Source: a virus
Lineage: Duplodnaviria > Caudoviricetes
Reading direction: 5' to 3' (one strand)
Virus record (IMG/VR): IMGVR_UViG_3300036833_000307
Location: 1-64,000 of that record
DNA: 64,000 nt
Position numbers and translations under genes: made by a program. Shown here in pieces: positions 37,005 to 47,869 of the stretch. Below the pieces are notes generated by a model, which was not told where the DNA came from, searched no databases, and saw only the letters and a program-made list of their open reading frames with translations. Within the stretch, counting starts at the first letter, position 1, and each line of letters starts with the position of its first letter.

Positions 37005-37445
37005 TCCGTAGCGATCAAGCGGTTAGCTTGCCCCCTAGTCGATCCCGTCAGTGTCGATTGAATGAGGCAGGCCGCCAGCTCCCGGCAGGGTTGGCGTCTT
37101 GATAGCTCTCAATCGTTCGATGCCACGACCATCGGCAGAACCTTGCCCTTGTGGTCCAAGGACTGATGCCAGTCACGTGGCGCCGGTGGATGGCTTTTGG
37201 CCCGTCCAATCGACCGGTTACCGATGTCGCATCATTTCCAGCGTAAAGCCATGCCTGTGCCTAGCGCAGGCGAAATTACCCCAACGATCCGCCCTTGGCC
37301 TGCGGATGGCTGCCAAGTCCAGGTCACCCTGGATGAGGTGGTGCGACAGAGGCTCTGCCAGCGCTCCCTTAAAAGTGGGGGCTAAAACAAAGGCAGGCAG
37401 ACGAAGCCCCGGTGTGACCAGCAAATCCCCTCACACCGGGGCCAG
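37005..37445 (+). ncRNA. Candidate large structured non-coding RNA
   Basis: Follows a promoter (36972-37000), no credible ORF, at least 8 consecutive hairpins. Confidence 0.4.
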
Positions 37446-37673
37446 AACCTCAAAATCAAACCTCACGAGCGCGGGCGATTTCCCCCGTCCGCGCTTCAGC
37501 GGCCAAGATGTTCTTCAGGCATTTGCCGGAATTAACCGGCCACTGTCTTGATCGGGTGGACAGTGCGGCCGCGCCGTATCATTCCAATACCCGAAACCCC
37601 ATGCCATGCGCGACTTGTCTGACCCCGCGCATGCATCCGGCAGGGCTTCCTGCTTCGTCCCTGCCGTCACTCC

Positions 37674-37725
37674 AACCCGCCGAAAGACCGTTCTTTACGA
37701 ACCCGGTCTTTCGGCGGGTTTTTTT
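37674..37725 (+). terminator. Rho-independent terminator
   Basis: aacccgccgaaagaccg...cggtctttcggcgggtt followed by a T run. Confidence 0.8.
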
Positions 37726-37942
37726 GCGTCCGGCGCCAGAAAAAACCCCGCGACTGGCATGGGCGCCGCGAGGTTTCAGGTACTTGTGTCATCCGCTTAG
37801 AGTGCCTTGCACCTGCTTGCCTTGTCCGGGCGCGTATCCAGTCCAGGGAGTTCGCGTCCGGCCACGACCGGCCTGAGCCATGCCGCCATAACAGGGGGAC
37901 ATCAGTCTACGGGCGGGTTCAGATCAGGGTCAACACAGACTG

Positions 37943-38039
37943 GACCCCGCAGCCGGCAAGCACCGAACCCGCGGGGTCGCCGTGCCTGCCCTGGCTTGCC
38001 GGGCCATGCCTCGCCGTGACACGCCAGGCCAGGCCTGCC
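37943..38039 (-). ncRNA. Stand-alone GGC-NN mini-array (solo guide 3)
   Basis: ggca + 9 pentamers + ggca ggcac, then a hairpin; TTGATC(38073-78)-N17-TACCTT(38050-55) promoter. Confidence 0.85.
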
Positions 38040-38074
38040 AGGTTACATCAAGGTAGACCGAGTTTGACTTGAGA

Positions 38075-38569
38075 TCAATGGAGAGCGTTATCACTCAAAA
38101 TCCGGCTCAGTGCACGCAGAGCCATCCTAAACATTGCCTTGCGTTCAGCCCCTCTCACCACACTTTCCCAGATCAGGGCATCGAACAGAACATTCCACGC
38201 ATCATGACCCAGCATGGTGCAAACACGCGCCAGCAAGTGGCGTGCACGCGCTTTCTCGGCTGAGGCGCTGATCGGCAACTCGGTTACAAGTTGGCTGTAG
38301 ACCAAACGTCCACGGACCTGAGCCAGATGAGCCATCTCGGCGAACCATTCACCTGCAGCGGCCAAGGCTGCGACGTCTTCACCAACATCACCGGCGGCAG
38401 CAATCTCCTCGAGCACGTTACGTGGCAGCACTCGCCCGCCGACTATGTCGCCCTTGGCAATCCGCTCCGCCGTCGCCCCTACAGGCGCTGGAGCGATGTA
38501 CTGGCCACTCCTCCGCTCCCACACCAACTCAATGGTGTTGCGGACAGCTCGACGCTTGTAGCCAGTCAT
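38075..38569 (-). CDS. Hypothetical protein, possible late-transcription regulator
   Basis: Helical C-terminus (VLFDALIWE...MFRMALRAL) resembling alphaproteobacterial phage Q-like proteins. Confidence 0.45.
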   Translation of the reverse strand: MTGYKRRAVRNTIELVWERRSGQYIAPAPVGATAERIAKGDIVGGRVLPRNVLEEIAAAGDVGEDVAALAAAGEWFAEMAHLAQVRGRLVYSQLVTELPISASAEKARARHLLARVCTMLGHDAWNVLFDALIWESVVRGAERKAMFRMALRALSRILSDNALH

Positions 38570-38637
38570 GGTTTAGGCTCCCGCCCAGATCGCCGAAAGC
38601 AACCCATTGTGCTAGACCGGCAGTCATGGATACCAGT

Positions 38638-39015
38638 ATGAGCGTTCAGCCGACCTTCAGCCACCGGATCGAGGCCTACGTCGACCGGGCGAACGTGCTG
38701 CTCGACGAGATCCGTCGAGCGGCAAACTACCTGCGCGGCAAGTACGGGTACACGCTGGCGATGTTGGAATCCGTTGCCAAGGTGCACAAAAACAGCTTGC
38801 TCAAGCTGGCCGACCCTGACTGGCGGCCGAAGATGGATACCCTGGTCCGCCTCGGAGCGCTGGTGGAGCGCGCGCAAGCGCATCGCCGCGGCGAGGTGTT
38901 CCGGTTTCCCGAGCGCCGCGGTCCCGGACGGCCACCCGGATCGAAGAACAGCAAATCGCGCCGTTCGCCGACCAAGGCGCGAAAAAATATGCCGAAAAGT
39001 ATTCCACCGCCATGA
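38638..39015 (+). CDS. HTH-like DNA-binding protein with GRPPGSKN (AT-hook-like) tail
   Basis: LESVAKVHKNSLLKLADPDWRPKMDTL. Confidence 0.6.
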   Translation: MSVQPTFSHRIEAYVDRANVLLDEIRRAANYLRGKYGYTLAMLESVAKVHKNSLLKLADPDWRPKMDTLVRLGALVERAQAHRRGEVFRFPERRGPGRPPGSKNSKSRRSPTKARKNMPKSIPPP

Positions 39016-39551
39016 CCGAGCCGGCCCAGACCAAGGTCCAGACCAAGGTCCAGACCAAGGTCCAGACCAAGCCCAACCAGCACGAGACCAGGCTGCAGAT
39101 CTACCTGGTCGAGTTGTTCATCAAGCACGTGAAGCGCGAAGACGCGGTGCTGGCGATGACCGGCAACGGCAGCTACCGCACGCCGGAAACCCTGCGGCTG
39201 ATCACCCGCATGGGCCTCGTCGAGGGTCTGCCGGACCTGGTGCTGATCCTGCCCGAGACCCGGCTGCACTGGATCGAGGTGAAGCTCGAGAAGACGCTGT
39301 GGCACAAACGCACCGACCTCACCGGAGCCCAGCCGGCAATGCATACGCTGCTGCGGACGATGGGTCACCGGGTGAGCACGGTGCGGAATGCCAAGGAGCT
39401 CTGGGCGATCATCGAGGCGGAGCGGATCCCCCACACACTGACCGAGTTTCCGCCCGAGCAGATGACCTTCGAGTACAGCCGGCGCCCGCTCAAACGGCGA
39501 CGCCGCACTTCACCCGAATCCGCTGCAGCACCGCCTCCTGCTTCTCCGTAG
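39012..39551 (+). CDS. VRR-NUC-like nuclease
   Basis: ETRLQ...MGLVEGLPDLVL...WIEVK...Q; N-terminal QTKV tandem repeat. Confidence 0.75.
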   Translation: MTEPAQTKVQTKVQTKVQTKPNQHETRLQIYLVELFIKHVKREDAVLAMTGNGSYRTPETLRLITRMGLVEGLPDLVLILPETRLHWIEVKLEKTLWHKRTDLTGAQPAMHTLLRTMGHRVSTVRNAKELWAIIEAERIPHTLTEFPPEQMTFEYSRRPLKRRRRTSPESAAAPPPASP

Positions 39552-42247
39552 GTGGCCGGAGCCGCTCGCCGATCGAAGTCTTCAGAAAGTCATGTTCCCA
39601 TTGGGACAATCGATTGCTGTATTCCTGCAGCAATGAATTGGCCTCGACTTGCCAAGGATATGGCTCTGGCGGTGGCGGTGGCGGCGGCGGACGCCTTGGC
39701 TGCGGCCTGGCCTGCTTAACTCCGGCGGCAAAGCCGCGCCGATAACCTTCCGCCAGCCCGCGCTGATAGCCTGCCGCCACCCCGCTCTGATAAGCCGCCA
39801 GCCCGCTCCGGTAATCCGCCTCATTGGGCTCTGCCGGCAGCAGGCCAAGCACATCGTTCCACTGCAGCTGGAGTTTCTGCACCAGGCGATTGGCCAGCCG
39901 CGCGGCATTGAGCGCTTCGCCGTCGTGGCCGCTGCCGATCATCCCGAGCAGCTGAGCAAGGCGCTTGCGATCCGGCCCTTCGATGCGCGCCACGGCCATT
40001 CAACGAGCGGCGACCTGCAGGCGCCACGTTGCCCATATCGCCGCTCTCGCCGTGGCTTCCCCGCTACGAACTTCCTCGTTCAAGTGATGAATTGCATCTC
40101 GCCCGGGAAGCCCATGGCAAGACATTGGGTCAACGATTGATCGAGCGCCCGGTCGAAGAAGCTGCGGCATTGTCGCACGGCGTCCGGCGAGCCAGTGCCG
40201 ATCACGGTGGAGGCGACGGTGAAGGCGAGCGCGTTGAGCGCTTCATAAATCCGGTCAGCGGAGCAGGGACCTTTGAGATAATTGCCACGGATCGCCTCCA
40301 GCATGATCAGGCTCAAGCTTTCTACCCGCTCTCGATCGAGTTCGTCCATCATCGTGTGCTCGGTTTATCTCGCGCCATCTTGTTGCGTCCAGTCGTGGCA
40401 CCGGCCGCAATAGCCTTCAGCGATGTCCTTCGGATGATAACTCGTCAGGCCGCAGCGCGGGCAGGTGATACTCGGCGGCGTATGCGCGGTTTTCCCACTC
40501 GAGGAACCACCGCAGCAATCGTCGAGTTCTTCCTGGGTCACTGGCGACGTGCGCCAACGGCCTGGCAGATCAAACAGGTCAGGCATCAGGATGGCTCGCT
40601 CGTACTGTGCTGCGATATCGGCGAATGGCGTCCGAAGCGCAGCAGCTGCAGCATCTCGGTGAGCAATTGCTGGGTTGCCGCAGGACCGCCTGCCGAGCTC
40701 AGGCAGTGCACTCGACCATCGCCGCCGGTGCGGAACATCAGGACGAACTCGCCGACATCATCGGGGAACGCATGCGCCAGCGTTTCGCCGATCACCTGGT
40801 AGTCCACATTCATCGCCGTTCCTCCTCGAGCGGGAGCAAGACGCCCTTCCGCCAGTGCCATTCGAACGCGGTGCGGTCGCCGGCGTCGAGGATCCAGATG
40901 CGTTCGATCCGGCCAACGCAGGCATCGATCGAGCGCAGCAGCCGGCGCACGGTATGGCTGGCGGTTGCCGCGTCGGTCCGGCCGGCGACCGCAAACGCGC
41001 TGCTGTCGAACAGCTGGGCGCAGACCTGGAACTGCCGGCTGTCGGCCTTCTGAGACGCCATCTCATCAGTCGGGATGGCCTTGGCTTGGCCTGGGAAGCC
41101 CGTAGGCGGCTTCCCGACTTCGCGGGCCTGCAGATACCCGAACAGCCGGTTCATGGCGCCAGCGACCGCCGGACGGCCAGCATCAGGCGGATCGCCCGGC
41201 GGGCAACTCGCGCAGCAACTCTACCATCATGCGCGCCGTCCCCATGGTCAGCTTACCGGCCTCGAGTTTGTCGACCACCGCCTGGGCCGCCCGTTCGGTC
41301 AGCGGCAGGGCGCAGCATGGGCAGAGACTGAGCGGTGGCCCGGCACCGTCATCGATGGCGAATCCGCCACCGGCCACCCGGCGGATGGTGAAGTTCATCG
41401 GCGTTCCCCTTTCCCCGAGCCGCAGAAATGGCAGCATTGCTGCCTTGATTTGGGATATCACCCTTCCGCAACCGGATCGGCCGGTCGGTCGAGAGCGTCA
41501 CCCAGCCGGTCGATAGCAGCGGTCATTCCCGCAATGGCGCGAGCGATGGCGAACAGTCCATCGGCCACGTTGGCGGAGACTGTATCGGTGCCGCGGGGAT
41601 CTTCGTAGGGGCTGACAAAGGCGTCGTCGATCGCCGTTGCGATGGTCTCGAGAGGGGTCACGAGAGCATCATCGGCCATGCTCGGGCACTCCGCTGCGGG
41701 TTTGGACGATGAGCGCTTCCATGTCGGCCCGATGGGTGCGGCAGGTCCAGCGGATTTGCGGCCAGGGTGTGAGCGGCGGGCCGAAGCCGAAGGGGGCGTA
41801 GGAGGCGCCGCAGAAGTGGCAGGGATGATCGCGCAGCGGTGGTGAGTATCTCTGGACAGTCACCGGCGGCCGCGGTGGAGGTCTCCGGGCCATATCACTC
41901 CCGCCAGTTCTTCTCTGGCGGCTTGCTTTCGTCTGCGGGATCTGAGCCAGTCATCAGTCGGCCTCCATTCTGCTCAGAGCGAGATCACGGCGTTCTCTGC
42001 ACACCTTGCGGCCGGGCGCCTTACAGGCTTGGCAACGGCGGGACGGCCATTTGCTGTCTGGAACGGTAAAGAGCTCAAAGGTGACACCGCAGGTCGGACA
42101 CTTGGTTTGCCAATAGACGACGAAGATCGTTTTACCACGACGGTTGACGTAATTGCCCAGCCGAACAAATCGATAGAGCTGTTTATCGAACTCAAAACTG
42201 CTGGGTTGCCGATGCTCCTCGGACAGAGGAATGCTTGGCTCAGCCAT
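39490..42247 (-). CDS. Leftward cluster of small hypothetical genes (39490-39999, 40080-40352, 40365-40586, 40586-~40813, 40810-41154, 41183-41461, 41458-41679, 41669-41893, 41954-42247)
   Basis: Coupled ORFs downstream of the helicase; several Cys-pair motifs; 39490-39999 carries LLGMIGSGHDGEALNAAR. Confidence 0.55.
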
Positions 42248-42419
42248 CTGCGCATCTCCTAATGCGTGAGGGTCAGGACCGGCCCGGAGGGTTTGCAGCC
42301 TCCGGGTTGGTCCGCTGATCCAACCCCTTCGGTCGACCAGCGTCAAGCATCCGAACCCCCCCCTCAAGCCCCGCGCGCGATTCGCGCGCGGGCGCGCGCG
42401 CGCCCCCCACTAAAGGGGG

Positions 42420-42612
42420 GGAGGACCAACGGACCAGCGGACCAAAAACGCCCCTTGGAGAGGCGTTTTGGTCCGGTTCTGGACCAGCAGAAGTTGTTGA
42501 TTTCATTGACATATTCGGACCGTAGCTTCAGCTTGCTTCATTGTTACGGTCCGGGACGGACCAGTTCGTTAACGGACCAGTCCAATGAAGCAAGGGACCA
42601 GCCCGGGACCGT
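42420..42612. repeat. GGACC iteron-like cluster, candidate replication origin
   Basis: About 11 direct/inverted GGACC copies in a non-coding gap immediately downstream of the helicase. Confidence 0.55.
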
Positions 42613-42618
42613 AATGGA

Positions 42619-43815
42619 TTACAAACCTGCTGCCTTCAGCACATCCTGGCCCTTTTGGGTCACCGACCAAGGACCGCGCTTACGTTGCTGCGCGATGAGC
42701 TTGTCGGCCGCTAAGGCCTTGATTGATCTATCAACCCGCGTCCTCAACGGCATGTCACCCTCACTGACCCACCCAGCTTCACGGCAGATTTGGTTCCGGG
42801 ACCAATCTGGATGGTCGCGCATGCTGCGTAGCACAATATCGTCGTTGGCCAGCGCTTGCTTCTGCTGATCCGCCGCAGCTTCCTCCGACATCGGCTCGGC
42901 GATGATGGTGACCTCGGGTTCGTCCCATTCATCGAGCAGGCCGGTTTCGACTGGCCGCAACCGATAGTGGAAGGTCGGGAAATCCGGACCACGGATTTTG
43001 CCGAGCCAATGCAATCTGGTGTTCTCGCCAAGCGCCTCCGACCATAGGGTCAGGTTGCCATCCAGCTCGTTGACAAATCCGCCTCCTCCACGAGGCAGAA
43101 GAGTGCCTTCGGTCGCGTTCTTCACCGGATGTGACAGCATCATGATGGCCGGCTTGCCGTTACAGCCGTTCAGTATCCGCAAGGTGCGGGCATACAACCC
43201 CATGGGCACGTTGGCGTTGTCGTCCTCGCCGGGGAAGAAGCTGGACGTGGTGTCGCCGACGATCAGACCGAACGGGATCCCCAGGGCGTCGATGTCCTGC
43301 TTGAGCGCCTTGATCGCCTCCTCGTTGAGCGGGAAGGCGCCTGGGAGCACAAACGGCAGATGACCCCTGGGCAACTTGTAGGCTTTTGCCATGCCCAGCA
43401 TACGAGCCTCGAGGTCGGCGGGGTTTTCCCCGGCCAGGAACAGCACGTTGCTTTTGAACGTCCGCAGATGGCCGATCATGCGGCCGGCGTGAATCATGCA
43501 GGCATTGAACAGCCAGACCGCGGTCTTGCCGTGGCCGGTGAGCGAGGTGCACGAGTAGAGCCTGCCGCGCTGCACAATGCCTTCGATCAGCCAAACTGGA
43601 GGGACGTGAGTGGCGACGAATGCGGCACCGGTCTTGATCCGCCCGTTGTCTTGGCCGTTTGGCTTGTATTCCTTCTCGGCATCGGGTGGCGGTTGGCCGT
43701 CCTTCCAGCCGTGCTCGCGCTGATAATCCTTACCCGGCGGTGGCATGTAGTCGGGGTCATCGGTGCCGTCGCGGTCACGCCATGGCTGGTCGTCATCGTT
43801 CTTGGAGCCGCTCAT
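42619..43815 (-). CDS. RepA/AAA_25-type (RecA-like) replicative helicase
   Basis: WLIEGIVQRG, SLTGHGKT Walker A, VLFLAGENP, LIVGDT, SHPVK, PRGGG. Confidence 0.85.
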   Translation of the reverse strand: MSGSKNDDDQPWRDRDGTDDPDYMPPPGKDYQREHGWKDGQPPPDAEKEYKPNGQDNGRIKTGAAFVATHVPPVWLIEGIVQRGRLYSCTSLTGHGKTAVWLFNACMIHAGRMIGHLRTFKSNVLFLAGENPADLEARMLGMAKAYKLPRGHLPFVLPGAFPLNEEAIKALKQDIDALGIPFGLIVGDTTSSFFPGEDDNANVPMGLYARTLRILNGCNGKPAIMMLSHPVKNATEGTLLPRGGGGFVNELDGNLTLWSEALGENTRLHWLGKIRGPDFPTFHYRLRPVETGLLDEWDEPEVTIIAEPMSEEAAADQQKQALANDDIVLRSMRDHPDWSRNQICREAGWVSEGDMPLRTRVDRSIKALAADKLIAQQRKRGPWSVTQKGQDVLKAAGL

Positions 43816-44648
43816 GCGCCAGCCGCTTTCAACCCTGACTGGATGGTCCGGGCGCTGGCCTTGATGTCGGCGGCCGAGACGAAGCCAGCGTCGCGCGCGG
43901 CGTTGGCCAGCAGGGTTTCGGCCTCGAGGCGTCCTAGCTCACCCTCGACCACGCGTCGGCCGAGGCACCACGCCCCCCAGTTCAGCATGGCGTTGCGGTT
44001 GCCTTCCGGGGTTTCGGCGATCTTGCGCAGGATTGCGCCGATGCCGGCCTCGCTGTAGCGGCGCGGATCGCCGGTGACCTTGGGTCTGGGCGGTGGTGGC
44101 GCCGGTGGAGGAAACAGCGCCTTGCTCAGCCAGTCCGGCCAGGGGGCTGGCGGTGCGCTGTTGAGCATCGGCAGGCCGGCGGCAAACCAGAAGATGGCGA
44201 AACCGCCTTCGCCGCGAACGTCGACGCCACGCAGCGGGTCTGGTGGTGCGCCTGTGCGCTTGTTGCCATGGGTGATCGAGCCGACTTCGGCGGTCGCCAG
44301 GAAATGCAGATGGATGCCCCCCCGCCTGGTACGCAATACGGTGGTCGGCAGCAGCGAGCGGCCGAAGATGTGCCACCAGGCGCGTGCGGTGTCGTGCTCG
44401 ACGTCGAGGTCCAGCACGATGCGGTTGGAAACCTTGCCGGTGGCAACTCCGATCAGCGGTCCCGGCCAGTTGCGCCACAGCCAGCCAATTTCGTCGGGAT
44501 CCTTCGAGGCGTCCTTGAACCCGTGCTCGCCTTCCTCGCCTTTCGGGCATGGCCGGGTTGGTCGCTTGTCATCGCCGCACGGGAACACGGCAAAGCCGCA
44601 GTTACGCGCCAGCGCTTGGGCCATGGTGCAGATATCTTCGTGCTTCAT
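43812..44648 (-). CDS. Bifunctional DNA primase/polymerase (Prim-Pol) with PriCT-like domain
   Basis: VFPC..DKRP, HGFKDAS, IGVATG, VLDLD, TRRGGIHLHF, GVDVRGEGG, EGNRNAML. Confidence 0.9.
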   Translation of the reverse strand: MKHEDICTMAQALARNCGFAVFPCGDDKRPTRPCPKGEEGEHGFKDASKDPDEIGWLWRNWPGPLIGVATGKVSNRIVLDLDVEHDTARAWWHIFGRSLLPTTVLRTRRGGIHLHFLATAEVGSITHGNKRTGAPPDPLRGVDVRGEGGFAIFWFAAGLPMLNSAPPAPWPDWLSKALFPPPAPPPPRPKVTGDPRRYSEAGIGAILRKIAETPEGNRNAMLNWGAWCLGRRVVEGELGRLEAETLLANAARDAGFVSAADIKASARTIQSGLKAAGA

Positions 44649-45040
44649 GACGCCACCTCCTGGCCGGAGGCCTGCGGCGACGGCAACTGGGCTTGCAGCT
44701 CGCCCAGCAGATGCGGGCGGTCGCGGCGGATCGCCTCGATCACCGCCGCCGACCAGCGGCGGCGGATGTCCGGGGTCTCGAAGCTGATCAGGTCATTCGA
44801 CCACACTAGCTTGCCGCCGGCATCGCGCAGCGGCTCCGACGAGCCGTCACGCAGCCGGAGCCGTGCCGGTGGCGCCGCCCAGCAGGTGTTGCCATGGCGG
44901 TGGATGCCGATCTCGCCGATGACGAGGCCGGATGGAAACACCATCCGGGCGAAGCCGATCAGCGAGCCTTTGGTGAAGTCGCGGAAGTGGATGAGCCGCG
45001 CGCGGTTGCCGTTTGACGGACCATTGAGCGGGGCATTCAT
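44645..45040 (-). CDS. Hypothetical protein (possible ssDNA-binding fold)
   Basis: KGSLIGFARM.FPSGLVI...WAAPPA; coupled to the primase. Confidence 0.65.
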   Translation of the reverse strand: MNAPLNGPSNGNRARLIHFRDFTKGSLIGFARMVFPSGLVIGEIGIHRHGNTCWAAPPARLRLRDGSSEPLRDAGGKLVWSNDLISFETPDIRRRWSAAVIEAIRRDRPHLLGELQAQLPSPQASGQEVAS

Positions 45041-45651
45041 CCATGCGCCCCCCTGGCCCGCGTGTGCGGCACATCACAATGGACAATTTTCGCGGGTATC
45101 GGGGGAACGAAACCAGAAACAATGAAGGCTATCGTGCTGTGCATAAATTTCCCTCCCCCGTGACCGCACCATGACGGATCGATGATCCGCCGGTGAAAAT
45201 GCCGGTGTGGAGGGCTGGTCTGCCGCGGGAAAAGCCTTGCTGCCGGATTTTCCGTCGCCTATATATTTCCATGGCGACGGGAAACCGGCGTTGCACAGGG
45301 GCTGCTCAACAAACCCTGCTGCTGCTCCGCGGTGTGGCTTGCAAAACCTCACACCGGTAGTTTTCTCCCAAACCGAAGGCCGGGGGGCGGGCTACGCTTC
45401 CCGGCCTTCATCGTTCAGGAAGCTATGCAGCCTAGCGCCAAACCGCGCTGCACGGCAAACCGAATTTCCGTCATAGCTTAATAGGCTAGCTGCTTGATGC
45501 GTCAGGCAAAAATCGCCATATAACCTTGTGCCGGATAGTTATCCCCAGGCTTATCCCCCAGAAACATTGAGCAACACTGCCGTGAGTTCCTGAAACCCGC
45601 TCGGGTCTCCGGGCGGAATTCCCCGCCCGGGTAGACAAGGAACCACTCATC

Positions 45652-46697
45652 ATGGCCTCATTGTTCCAGGTTCATAAGAACTCTGGCGACATTGTCGCGG
45701 TCAGCGCCCGCACCATGCTGGGCATGCTGGCCGATCCCTATTCGGCCGCGCGCCTGATGCGCGAGCTGGCGTTCGATCGCGAGGTCGAGGTCGAGCTGCG
45801 CGACGGGCCGGCCAAGGTCAAATACGCTGACCCATTACCCAAACGGCAGCGCGAGCTGCCGATCATCCCCTACGATGCTCAGGTGAACCTCGTCTTCGTG
45901 CTGCCGGCGCTGGTGAAGTGCCGCGCCAGTTCGGAGATGGAGGCCAAGCACACCATCGAGGAAATCCTGCTGCGCGCCGGCCGCTGGCCGAGCGACGGCT
46001 TCGATCTCATTCTCCGGCCCGAGGACCTGAAGGCGTTCATTGAAAGTCTGGAGATCAAAAGCACTCTGGCGATCCAGGACGTCGAATTCCTCAACGTCTA
46101 TCCATGCAAGCAGCTGACCCACGAGCGGAGGACCTGACCATGCTGATGTCGGTATTCCGCCAGGGCCAGCCCACGCTGCAGATCGACCACCTGGTCGCCA
46201 TACGCGAGGCGGTCGATCCGGATCACGCCGGCATGGTGTTGCACGCCTGGACGCAGAACGCGACCGTATTGATCGGTCTGCGTTCCGGCGAGGCGATCAT
46301 CAAGCCTGCCGCCGACGGCGATGAGCAGCTCAGCTTCGAGGCGCTCTATGACACCTGCATTTCGCTTTCGCAGTGGAAGCAGATGAAGGCTCAGCGCGTC
46401 GTCAAACCTGAGGACCTCGCACCGCATCTCTACGAGCTCGATGTTCTGCTCGAACAGGCTCGTCCGGTGCGTGTGCGGCTGCGCATTAAAGCCAAAACAA
46501 CCACCGAAGTAAGTCAGCTTCTCAATCGCTTGGTCCGTGAAGACAAAGAATTTCAGGATAGCTTGATGGCGAAGCTTACCGAGGCGTTGTTGATACAGGA
46601 CGACGGCTCGATCATTTCTACTTCAGTACACAAGGTTGAGCACGTTGCGCCTGGAGATGCGCCGCTCTGGTCGTTCGTCCCAGAGGAACCTGGCTGA
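45652..46697 (+). CDS. Two hypothetical genes (45652-46137, 46140-46697)
   Basis: AAGGA / GGAGG RBS; downstream of promoter at 45493-45521. Confidence 0.65.
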
Positions 46698-46752
46698 TGG
46701 CTCGGAAACCGCGCTTGCATTTCCAGTCCATGCCGCTAGACTGCATTTTGTC

Positions 46753-46850
46753 GGCTCGACGCGGCATGGCGCGACTTGGCCAGTCCCGGCTCGGCTTGGC
46801 AGGCACGGAGAAGCAGGACCCAGAAGCACCATGCCGCTTCCGGGTCCTGC
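46753..46850 (+). ncRNA. Stand-alone GGC-NN mini-array (solo guide 4)
   Basis: 9 pentamers + ggca ggcac + hairpin; TTGCAT(46715-20)-N16-TAGACT(46737-42) promoter. Confidence 0.85.
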
Positions 46851-46938
46851 GCTCGGTTTTCCGCACAGTGTCTTTCGCACGCCATCCTGGTGTGCGGCAG
46901 AGAGCCCGCTGTTCAACGGGTAGAAAGACACCAAAAAT

Positions 46939-47760
46939 ATGTCTGATATCGTAAGGATGTTATCGAACCCGCTGGCAAAATCCGCATCCCAAACCGATTT
47001 CTTTCTCCTTACATTGGCGGAATGTGCAAAATTCGGCGTGCCGCCGCAGGCGCTTGCGCTGCTGCGCGATGTGCATAGCATGTTGGGATATTCCAAACCG
47101 CTCGGCGAAAAACAGATCAGCGCCCTGGCTGGGCCGTTGGTGGCGTGGCGCACCGATCCCCGGCAGCCGCATTTCGAGCGCGTTGTCGATCTCGAACGGC
47201 TGGCCTTTCACCAGCGCGCGCTGATCGCCTTTGGCGGCGGCAAACCTGGCGAAATGGTGGGCCGTGCCGAGATCGTATACGCGATGGGAAATCTGCTGCA
47301 CGGGACCTCGCCGCCGGAATACTACGAAGTATTCCAGTGGGCCTCCGTCGATACGCTCGCGGAGATCGAGGGAGACAGCAAGGCGAAAATCCTGGCCGAC
47401 CGTGAAAAGGACGGCTGGACAGCCGTCGCCGATGCGGAAGTAACCCAGCCCGGTGGGCGGCTCTACGCCACCTACCAGGAAATCTGCACGTCGATCCGCC
47501 GCGAGGCAATCGCCGGACTGGAGCGGAACCCGGCGGGGCATCCACGCAACATACTGCGGCCAATGGCCGCTCTGGCCATCGCCAACCATGCCCGGATCAA
47601 ACAGGAACTCCTCGCCGAGGGGCGTCCCGAAGTGGTGGAGACACTCGACCGCACGATCGAACAGATCCGCGGCATGTTTCCTGGTCTTGGCTCGTTGGAC
47701 GATGAGCTCAAGCGGCGCAACCAGGCCGCTCTCAACGAGGTCCTGGAAGAACTCCTGTGA
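46939..47760 (+). CDS. Hypothetical protein (273 aa)
   Basis: Preceded by the repeated leader; contains a near-match to solo guide 4. Confidence 0.75.
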   Translation: MSDIVRMLSNPLAKSASQTDFFLLTLAECAKFGVPPQALALLRDVHSMLGYSKPLGEKQISALAGPLVAWRTDPRQPHFERVVDLERLAFHQRALIAFGGGKPGEMVGRAEIVYAMGNLLHGTSPPEYYEVFQWASVDTLAEIEGDSKAKILADREKDGWTAVADAEVTQPGGRLYATYQEICTSIRREAIAGLERNPAGHPRNILRPMAALAIANHARIKQELLAEGRPEVVETLDRTIEQIRGMFPGLGSLDDELKRRNQAALNEVLEELL

Positions 47761-47869
47761 GCCTCGCGGATCCCGGTGCGCAAGCACCGGGTTCCGGTCC
47801 GCCATCCCTATCGCCGCACTCATTGTGCGGCGGCAGAGAGCCGGCTGATACCGGCGCAAGGGAGGCCTT

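Noticed and set aside
37800-37890. Possible eighth guide tract on the minus strand
   Set aside because: Pentamer phase breaks repeatedly; at best a decayed unit.
39027-39070. CAGACCAAGGTC tandem repeat
   Set aside because: In-frame 12-nt coding repeat (QTKV); no evidence of another role.
45040-45650. Immunity switch in the divergent intergenic region
   Set aside because: No recognisable CI/Cro gene or operator repeats; lifestyle cannot be determined from this window.
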